Part shown: piece after piece, positions 32,141 through 40,140 of the stretch | Layout: every line of letters begins with the position of its first letter | How positions within the stretch are numbered: the first letter of the stretch is position 1 | Origin: Candidatus Eiseniibacteriota bacterium | Lineage (GTDB): Bacteria > Eisenbacteria > RBG-16-71-46 > SZUA-252 | DNA length: 64,000 nucleotides | Assembly (NCBI GenBank): GCA_963703225.1 | Contig: OY969801.1 | Location: 1,888,001-1,952,000, forward strand | Direction of reading: 5' to 3' | Translations under genes and position numbers: made by a program | The notes under the pieces: model-generated | The model's database searches: none | What the model was told of the DNA's origin: nothing | What the model saw: only the letters and a program-made list of their open reading frames with translations

Positions 32141-35100
32141 CTAGCGCCGGGCCCGTTTCGGAACGTTCCACATGAAACCAACTTCCTCGAGGCGACGAAT
32201 GCGTTCCTGCGAAACACGCTCCGCCTTATGTGCTTCCCGCAGCTTTCTCACCCAGTTGGCTAACGCCCGATTCTCCTTCCAACCATTTGGAACGTTGCAG
32301 TGTCCGTGCGTTTTCTTGAACAATACTAATTCGCGGAAGTATTCCTCCCACCACACGTCATACACGATCCAGACGAAATCCAATTCGTTCAGACGCCGTA
32401 CGCGTTCTTGCAGACAGGTCCCGCGCTTTCGCGCGACACGCTGCTTAGCCACCCATTGGGCCAACACTCCCTTGCCCTCGAAATATCGCGGTACGACGCA
32501 GTGTCCGTGAACATTCTTGAACGCAACTAGGTCATGAAAATTCTCTTCCCATCTCGCATCATCAACATCCCATGTGAAGTGAAGTTCTTGGAGTCTGCGT
32601 ACGTGATCCTTGGTCAGTTCACCTCTTCGAGATGCCACCCCTGCTTACTGACCCATTCGCCCAAGCCAGGGCTCCTCTTCCAATATCGCGGCACGATGCA
32701 ATGCCCTTGCGCCTTCTTAAGTTCCACTAGCGCTTGAAGTCCCCCTCCCAGGTTGCATCATAAACGTCCCACACGAAACCCAGTTCGTCGAGACGGCGCT
32801 TTCGATCCGGCGGCATCAGTCCCTTGCGCGAGGTGCCGCGCTGGACGCTGACCCACGAGGCCAGCACCGGTTCGGTCTCCGAATTCTGCGGCACGATGCA
32901 ATGCCCTTGCGCCTTCTTGAGTTCACTAGCGCTTGGAAGTTCTCCTCCCAGGTTGCACCGTGCACCTCCCACACGAAACCGAGTTCGTCGAGACGGCGAG
33001 TGCGTTCGGCGGACAGAAGTCCCTTCTGATACGATTGGCGCTGGGTATAGATCCAGTCGCTCAGTGCCGGGTTGTCTTGCACATTCCTTGGGCACGTTGC
33101 AGTGCCCGGCGATCTCTCTGAAGTGGGCAAGTTCCCCATTCGCTGATCCCAGGTCAACCCGAGCCGTGCGACGATCTCGGTAGTAATTGCTGAGCGCAGG
33201 GCCTCCATGGAAAGCACAGGGCCTAGGACCTGCACCTTTGCTGCCAAGAGTGACCCATCGAGGGATTCTCTGCGTCCCAAGCCAACCGTTAAGTCCCGAA
33301 TGATGTCCGCAAGAACTTGGTCCGACTCCTTGAGGGCTTCGAGAACATCCCACACATCCTCGAAGTCCGACCGTCGCACGGCGTCCTGCACGGTCTCGCC
33401 TTCCAGCGCCTCCAGAAAGATCGGGACCAATACGTACCCAATCGTCTTGGTTTCGTGTCGTCTCATCACGCGGCCGACGGCCTGAATGATATCCACCTTG
33501 CTCCTGCGTGGAGACATGAACGCCACCATGTCCACAGCGGGGAGGTCGACGCCCTCGGTCAAGCACCGCGCGTTCGACATGAGTGCACGCCGCGCCGTGA
33601 CGAAGTCCCTCATCAGTCGGGTGCGGTCCGCGGTGGGCATCGCTCCATTCACGTGATACGTTGCGAACTCTCGTAGGTGAGTACCGACGCCGCCGGGACC
33701 GTCAGAAGCGAACGACTTCGCCGACGCGATGTTTCCGTGGAAAGTGAAGATGCGTTGGGCACCGTGTTTCTCGACGGCCTTCGTCAAGGCAAGCTGCAGG
33801 GCCACTTGACGAGCGGCGACAGGAGAGTCCTCGATGCTAACCTCGCCGTGGGCGATCAGGTATCTATCGACCTCTGCGTCCGTGACCACTGAAAATCGGC
33901 ACTTGGTAGTCGCAGATGATTCCCTCGGTGACAGCCTTCAGAGGCCGAGAGAGAATGAGCAACGGGGCCGTATGTCTCAGGCTTATCCATCGAATAAACG
34001 CGGAGGCTGCGCAGTCCCCGTCAGCTGCTGCGTTTTTCCCCCGGATGTAAGACTCGTAGTGGCGGGGTGTCGCGGTCATGAACAGCCGTTTTCGGATCGG
34101 CAAGGCGTCGTCCCAGAGGCCGAATGATGATCGGGTCCCTTCTCGCCCAGCCGTCTTGTGGGTCTTCATCAAACACACCAAAATCGAAGGCGAAATCGCC
34201 TTCCATTCCCTGGGCGACCACCTTAGCCGACTGATAGGTGGAGAAGACGATTTGCACACCGTGTGAATCGGAGCGGAGGAACCGGCGGACATCCGCGCCA
34301 TTGGTGGTCACCGGAAAATCGAGATCCGACTGGTGAAGGACGAGGTCGTCAGCACCCTTTGTTACTGTGGGATCGGAGCACACGCACAAGTATGAAAAAT
34401 CCCCCAAAGATGTCTCCCTCAGCCATTCGTGTAAGGTCTGCCGCACCAAGGCAAGGGAGGGGAGGAGTACAAGCATCGTCCTAAAGCCAATGCGTTCGGC
34501 TACCCAGAGGGCGACGAGGGTCTTTCCGGTACCACAGGCCATCAGGCACGTGACCCGGGGGTGGGTGGTCAGACTGGCCACGATGTCGTCGACGGCTCTC
34601 GTCTGGTGAGGCCTGGGTGCCTTTCTGGGAGGAGTGAAGACCCCTGAGGCCATCCATGCGCGAATGGCTGCGAGGTCAGCCTCTAGTAGGCGATCAAGGT
34701 CTGATCCTCGAATCGGAACGAAACGAAGTCGGTTCGTAAGGATTGTTGGCAGGTCATCACAGTTCGTGAACAGGTAACGCCAAGTGGGGACGTCCGTCAG
34801 GCCAATGAAGGTGGACAGTTCCCCCCAGGTGAGCGACGGGCGCTGGGTCCGGAACTTAACTTGGTACGCGCAGAGGTTGCCCACCCGGTCCTCGAAGACC
34901 CCGTCCACCCCCATGTCGGTTGCGGGCAACGCGAGCTTCTTTAGGGTGGCATCAGCGACGACTTCGAGGGGCCAGACTTCCCTAGCTTGGATAGTATTCT
35001 GGGTGGCAAGGTAGGCCTCCGCGAAGACCTCGAACGCGTCACCCCGATGCCTCGTGGTGGGGAGAGCTGCGATCCGAGTTTCCAAGTCGTGGAAAGAAGT

Positions 35101-35160
35101 AAGGTCATCGAACAGGCCAGCGGATAGGAAGAAGTGTGTTCGGGGGTGTTTGCTTGCCAT
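32141..35160 (-). pseudogene. Nuclease-like + SF2 (DEAD/DEAH) helicase + 5 helicase-associated (HA) repeats, frameshifted
   Basis: GDAFE..DMGVDG..YQVKF; MACGTGKT; FDE; FMTATPR; CLTEGVDLPAVD; QAVGRVMR; five GHCxVP..W..QR..LxxxGFxW units. Confidence 0.85.
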
Positions 35161-35435
35161 TGGCGAGTCAACTCCCTCGGCTCAAGCTCAGGTTCCTTCA
35201 GCCTCCAGACCGCGAGCGGAATCCCCAATTCCCAGACCCTAAGGTAGGTGGCGCCCTTCCCACGCCTGCACGCAGCCGCCCGGGTAAGTGGCCAGGGGGG
35301 GCGGGGTCCTACGTGGCAGCCCGCACCACCATGCTACTCAGCTAGGCAGGAATTGAGTGGATTGATTCACCGCACCCAGGTGAATTGGTAGGCGTAGTCA
35401 GCACAGTTACAGGCACAGCGAGGATGGGAAAGCTC

Positions 35436-35500
35436 GTAAGTTGGAGGCGGCCATCCACTTGCGAGTACAGCAGTTTACCTGGTTCCTTTCGGCTCCGCCA
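35436..35500 (-). pseudogene. tRNA-Cys deletion scar with its promoter
   Basis: Minus strand TGGCGG-N17-TAAACT, then a 19-nt leader homologous to that of the 43210 copy, then GGCCGCCTCCA (tRNA first base joined to its last 10 nt). Confidence 0.7.
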
Positions 35501-35659
35501 CCATTGGCTAACCAGCTTCCGCGTTGAACTGCGTCGTGACCACGCCCTCAACCGAGAGTAAGATTTGGGCCAGACATTGACTTGGGGGGGCGCCTTGCGT
35601 CGATCCAAATCATTCCGGCTTCTCTTGGTTCTTCTCGCCGTATCCGGTTCAAACCCTCC

Positions 35660-35794
35660 GCACGCGGTAGCCACTCCACCAGCACCGCCTCCCTCGACGC
35701 GTCCAATCTGCCCACTGGCGTCTATTTCGTTCGGGTTGCAGCCGGCCGGGACCGACGCGCGCTCGGAACGGCGTCCGTGAGAATCATCCGCTAA
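35660..35794 (+). pseudogene. Remnant of FlgD/secretion-type C-terminal domain
   Basis: LDASNLPTGVYFVRVAAG..VRIIR*, similar to the C-terminus of the 40141-42924 protein; start approximate. Confidence 0.45.
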
Positions 35795-35895
35795 GGCGCG
35801 AGGTGGGATGAAACAGTTGGTTGCATACGCGCTTGCGTTCGGCGCTGGCGGGCTTGCCCCCAGCGCGCGGTGTCGCAGCAATGAGAGGTGAATAG

Positions 35896-37074
35896 GTGAA
35901 CACCTGGAAGGTGCGTTTTCGCGCACAGTCGGCGGGATGGTTTCTCACCATACTGCTCGCAGCGCTGGCAACCGATTGCGGTAAGGACAACCCAGCCCAA
36001 CCCAAAGCAACCCCGCCTACCCCGCCTACGAGGTCCCTGGCATTCTCGGCTCGTCCGCCCGTTTCAGTCGGCAACACCTGGAGTACCATTGCGGCGGAGG
36101 ATTTTGACCGCGATGGGCACCCGGACCTAGTGACGACGTCTGTCGACGGCCCGATCGCTTACTTGCTTCTCGGTAGGGGTGACGGCTCCTTCAGTGCGCC
36201 GACGCTACTACCGGTCCCCGCAAGAGCTGGTCTGGCCGTTGATGCAGTGGTGGGAGATTGGGACCATGACGGCAATGCCGACATAGGGTGCAATTGCTAC
36301 AATGCCACCGTCTTCCTGTATGGACGCGGGGATGGTTCGTTCGACTCGACGCTGATTGACGAAAGGTCCTCGGTTGTTCAGGGCTCACCGTCGGTGGGCG
36401 ACTTCAATGGCGACGGCATAGACGACTACGCCTCCTTCGACTGGGATTCATGGGTCGTCATAGCTGGGGATTCCGGACGTATGCCCAAGCGTATCGTGTC
36501 TTATGCCCCGCCCGTGATTGGGTGGAACCCGACGTTCGGGACAAGCGCTGACCTGGATGGCGATGGGAACGTCGATCTTGCCTTGACTAGGGGAGTCAGC
36601 GAAGACCATGCGTCCATCTACTATGGTTATGGGGACGGGAGGTTTCGGCTCCCCACGCCACTGTCTGACGCCGGCGGGAACTATGGAATATGCACAATAA
36701 GTCGGAGAGGTGGAGGTCCAGGGCGCGACTTGGTAATAGCTCACGTCGTTCTGGACTCTGTCGGAGTGACCCCAAGGATCGGCGGGATCATTGCCGACGA
36801 GGTGAATTACCCTGTGCCGGGCTCGCCGTGCGGCCTGGCGGGCGCAGACTTCGATCTCGATGGGATTGAGGATCTGGCCATCGCCTGTACCAACGCCAGA
36901 TCGGTTGCCGTTCTTCTCGGCCGCACGGACGGCACCTTTGCCGCGGCGAGCTACTTCTACGTGGGGATCTATCCCTCGCGACTCACCGTCGCAGACCTCA
37001 ACGGAGACGGCCTTCCGGACGTGGCGACTATCGGTACGCAGCAGATTTGCGTTCTAATCAACGACAGCAAGTAA
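35896..37074 (+). CDS. FG-GAP/VCBS beta-propeller lipoprotein
   Basis: Lipobox-like LAALATDC; repeated DFDRDGHPD, DWDHDGNAD, DFNGDGIDD, DLDGDGNVD, DLNGDGLPD. Confidence 0.85.
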   Translation: MNTWKVRFRAQSAGWFLTILLAALATDCGKDNPAQPKATPPTPPTRSLAFSARPPVSVGNTWSTIAAEDFDRDGHPDLVTTSVDGPIAYLLLGRGDGSFSAPTLLPVPARAGLAVDAVVGDWDHDGNADIGCNCYNATVFLYGRGDGSFDSTLIDERSSVVQGSPSVGDFNGDGIDDYASFDWDSWVVIAGDSGRMPKRIVSYAPPVIGWNPTFGTSADLDGDGNVDLALTRGVSEDHASIYYGYGDGRFRLPTPLSDAGGNYGICTISRRGGGPGRDLVIAHVVLDSVGVTPRIGGIIADEVNYPVPGSPCGLAGADFDLDGIEDLAIACTNARSVAVLLGRTDGTFAAASYFYVGIYPSRLTVADLNGDGLPDVATIGTQQICVLINDSK

Positions 37075-37152
37075 GACGCGCGTTGTGGTTCTTGGTTCTA
37101 CGGTTTTACGCTGATCACCGCTCGCAGTCGGGTCACCGCCAATTCCGCGAGC

Positions 37153-37259
37153 TGGCTACGGTCGTGGCTACGGTCAGGATGGCTATTGCCTGGCATCGTT
37201 GGCCACCGTTGGCTACCCAAAGTAAGGAAGCCCCGGGAGACTCATCCTCCCGGGGCTTC
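37153..37259. repeat. att-arm-like repeat + terminator hairpin (copy 1 of 3)
   Basis: TGGCTACGGTC x2, phased TGGC..CGT repeats, 13-bp stem GAAGCCCCGGGAG/CTCCCGGGGCTTC; homologs at 45213-45307 and 46248-46275. Confidence 0.8.
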
Positions 37260-37328
37260 TCGTATTACCTTGTCGCGACGCTACTTCGAGGACCGGCTTC
37301 CAAATCGGTGAAATTCAGGTGAAAAGAC

Positions 37329-37366
37329 TTTGCAGACCGTCGCCTTAGCCACTTGGCTATGCCACC
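37329..37366 (-). tRNA. tRNA-Cys(GCA) 5' half
   Basis: GGTGGCATAGCCAAGTGGCTAAGGCGACGGTCTGCAAA, then non-tRNA GTCTTT. Confidence 0.9.
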
Positions 37367-37380
37367 CCCGCAAGTGATTG

Positions 37381-37408
37381 AGTATAGCGTGGTTGGCTGG
37401 TGGCGCAA
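37381..37408 (-). promoter_or_regulatory. sigma70-like promoter of tRNA half (type A)
   Basis: TTGCGC-N16-TATACT, 14 nt from G1; conserved at 46328-46355. Confidence 0.7.
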
Positions 37409-37478
37409 TTGCGGAGATTGCCTTTCTCCACGTCGCGGTTCCTACTGACACATCGTTCCCCGCCGACTAGACTTCCCC

Positions 37479-39785
37479 ATGCTCCTTTCCCCCGGCACTC
37501 GCCTCGGCACCTACGAGATCGTCGGCCCCATCGGGGCTGGCGGAATGGGCGAGGTCTATCACGCGAAGGATCTGCGACTGTGCCGTGACGTCGCGGTGAA
37601 GGTGCTTCCGCTAACGGTGGCATCCTCCCCGGACTGGCTCGCACGTTTCGAGCTCGAGGCGCGCACACTCGCGGGACTCAATCATCCAAACATCGTCACG
37701 CTTTTCTCCGTCGAGGATGAGAGCAGCATCCGCTTCCTCACGATGGAGCTGATCGAGGGACAAACCCTGTCGACCCTCGTCATCCCCGGCGGACTTCCCC
37801 TCTCCCGCGTCCTCGAGCTCTCGATCCCCCTGACCGACGCCCTCGTCGCAGCCCACGAGCGAGGGGTCATCCACCGCGACCTGAAGCCCGGGAACGTGAT
37901 GGTGACGAGCAAGGGCCGGGTGAAGGTGCTCGACTTCGGCCTCGCGAAGATGCCCGAGGAGGAAGCGCCGCGTACGGATCAATCCCGCGCCACCACGGTC
38001 GACTCCCCTATCTCGGGCGAGGGCCAAGTACGCGGCACGGTGCCTTACATGGCGCCCGAACAGTTGCGTGGTGAAGGCGTGGACGCACGAGCCGATCTCT
38101 TCTCGCTCGGAATCATCCTCTATGAACTCTCCACGGGCCGCCGGCCTTTCAACGGCGGCAGCTCCGCCGAAATCAGTTCCTCCATCCTCCGCGATACGCC
38201 CGAGCCCCTGACCCGAGTCCGTGCCGACCTCCCGGCCGATCTCGAGCGAATCGTGAGCCGCTGTCTCGAGAAGAATCCCCGGGAGCGCATGCAGTCGGCG
38301 GTGGACGTCAACCTCGAGCTTCGCCGCCTGGGACGGAATTGGGAGCCCGGGGAGCGCGGCGTGACCAAGAAACCGGCAACCGAGAAGGTCGCCACCATCG
38401 CCGTGCTTCCGTTCGTGAACCGAAGCGCCAGCGCTGACGACGAGTACTTCTCGGACGGCCTCGCCGACGAACTGCTCAATGTGCTCGCGAAGATCAAGGG
38501 GCTGCGAGTCGCCGCGCGCACCTCTTCCTTCCAGTTCAGGGGAACCAAGGATGACCTTGCCACGATCGGCCAGAAGCTGAATGTGGCAACGCTGCTCGAA
38601 GGCAGCGTCCGTAAGGCAGGGAGTCGGGTCCGCATCTCCGTGCAACTCGTAAAGGTCTCCGACGGCTACCACCTCTGGTCCGAGACCTACGACCGCACTC
38701 TGGAGGACATCTTTGCGGTGCAGGACGACATCGCACATTCGGTGGTGCAAGAGCTGCGCGCTACCCTCATGGGCGAAGCGGCGGATTCGGATGCGAGCGG
38801 TCGGGCGAAGGTGGAGGTGGCGAGGGCAGCGAAGGGCCGCGCCACCGATCCCGAGGCGTACCGGGTCTACCTCCTGGCGCGCCACCTCCTGGATCGCGTC
38901 ACCCGCGAGGACACAGTGAAGGGCATCGAATACCTGAAGCAGGTACTGGATCGGGACGCGAAGTTCGCGCTCGCCTGGGTAGATCTTGGGCGCGCGTTCT
39001 CGGTCGAAGTGAACGCGGGTTGGGTTCCCGTTGCGGAGGGGCACGGGCGGGCCCGAGCGGCGGTGGAGCGCTCACTCGCGCTGGAGCCGGACCTGCCAGA
39101 GGGGCATTCGGCGATGGGGTGGATCCAGATGTTCTTCGATTGGAACTGGCACGGAGCCGAGTCATCGATTCGCCGGGCTATGGAGCTGGCGCCGGGTAAT
39201 GCCCAGGTACTTCGCATTGCCGGCGTCTTGGCGAGTACGTTGGGCCGTCCTGAGGAAGCGATCGAACTGTATCGTCGCGCTCTGGAGCAGGACCCACTGA
39301 GTCCAGGGTCCTACATCAATCTAGCCGTCTCGCTCCACGCGGCGAATCGCTTGGCGGAGGCGGAGGGAGCATTTCGAAAGGCGTTGGAACTCGCTCCGCA
39401 GAGGCCATTCACGCGTGCCAGCCTCTCGCTGGTCCTGCTCGCGAACGGCCGGGGAGAGGAGGCGTTGGATGAGGCGATGCGAGAGCCAGAGGAGGTGCTC
39501 CGCCTCTGGGCGCTGGGTATCGTTCACCACGCCACGGGCCGCCATACTGAGTCGGGCGAAGCGCTGCGGGTGCTGACCGAGAAACACGCGAGGCACTCCG
39601 CCTATCAGATTTCCGAAGTGCATGGAGCCCGAGGCGAGGCAGACGCCATGTTCGAATGGCTCGGGCGGGCATATGCACAGCGGGACGGCGGGATCACCCA
39701 AATGAGGGCCCGCCCTCGCTTCCACTCCCTCCACGGCGATCCGCGGTGGGAGGCATTCTTGCGGAAAATGGGGTTTGAGGCGTGA
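37479..39785 (+). CDS. Ser/Thr protein kinase + TolB-like + TPR
   Basis: [41 protein letters not shown], TPRs. Confidence 0.93.
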   Translation: MLLSPGTRLGTYEIVGPIGAGGMGEVYHAKDLRLCRDVAVKVLPLTVASSPDWLARFELEARTLAGLNHPNIVTLFSVEDESSIRFLTMELIEGQTLSTLVIPGGLPLSRVLELSIPLTDALVAAHERGVIHRDLKPGNVMVTSKGRVKVLDFGLAKMPEEEAPRTDQSRATTVDSPISGEGQVRGTVPYMAPEQLRGEGVDARADLFSLGIILYELSTGRRPFNGGSSAEISSSILRDTPEPLTRVRADLPADLERIVSRCLEKNPRERMQSAVDVNLELRRLGRNWEPGERGVTKKPATEKVATIAVLPFVNRSASADDEYFSDGLADELLNVLAKIKGLRVAARTSSFQFRGTKDDLATIGQKLNVATLLEGSVRKAGSRVRISVQLVKVSDGYHLWSETYDRTLEDIFAVQDDIAHSVVQELRATLMGEAADSDASGRAKVEVARAAKGRATDPEAYRVYLLARHLLDRVTREDTVKGIEYLKQVLDRDAKFALAWVDLGRAFSVEVNAGWVPVAEGHGRARAAVERSLALEPDLPEGHSAMGWIQMFFDWNWHGAESSIRRAMELAPGNAQVLRIAGVLASTLGRPEEAIELYRRALEQDPLSPGSYINLAVSLHAANRLAEAEGAFRKALELAPQRPFTRASLSLVLLANGRGEEALDEAMREPEEVLRLWALGIVHHATGRHTESGEALRVLTEKHARHSAYQISEVHGARGEADAMFEWLGRAYAQRDGGITQMRARPRFHSLHGDPRWEAFLRKMGFEA

Positions 39786-39789
39786 GATG

Positions 39790-40085
39790 CAACTGGACTC
39801 CGGCCCTGAACGGGCTGTCCCGCCGCACGGAATGGAGCTGTGACGGCGAGCGCTCCCCAGACGAGGGCGAGGCCCAAGTATTCCGTCAGCTCGAACGGCC
39901 CGATGGCGTTCACGGTTCGGTCGTAGGTCATGGCCGACGCGAGCGCGATCGTATTGCAGACGAGCAACGTCCACCATGCCCAACGTTCACCACGGCGAAA
40001 GGCCGTGACAGTGATGGCGATCGCCATCAGCCCGAAGACCGCGTTATAGACGCCATACATTCGGAAAAGCACGACCAGGTACTTG
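39790..40085 (-). pseudogene. 5'-truncated membrane protein
   Basis: FRMYGVYNAVFGLMAIAITVTAFRRGERWAWWTLL..; no plausible start before the FG-GAP gene stop; ends approximate. Confidence 0.5.
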
Positions 40086-40140
40086 GCGATCGCCCTCGAA
40101 GGTCTGCATCTGCGGATTCACCGGAAAGATCACGCCGGCC

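Larger units (their letters stand above)
25897..35451 (-). mobile_element. Tyrosine-integrase element (satellite/IME-like) integrated at tRNA-Cys
   Basis: 16-bp direct repeat GTAAGTTGGAGGCGGC at 25853-25868 and 35436-35451; shared arm repeats; int, RHH, xis-like, DUF3987, TA and helicase genes; more AT-rich than flanks. Confidence 0.85.

Noticed and set aside
32689..32940. DGR template/variable repeat pair
   Set aside because: Duplicated HA coding repeats within one gene; no reverse transcriptase in the window
15980..35160. Programmed frameshifting or phase variation in ndvB, DUF3987, TA and helicase genes
   Set aside because: Too many scattered indels without consistent slippery sites; error or decay is more parsimonious
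25859..37366. Intron-containing or trans-spliced split tRNA-Cys
   Set aside because: The 7-bp loop is duplicated on both halves (recombination signature); the 3' half has no evident promoter or complementary leader, and no group I core was recognised
40101..40110. GGTCTGCA match to the tRNA core on the plus strand
   Set aside because: 8-bp match in the opposite orientation without the rest of the half; likely chance
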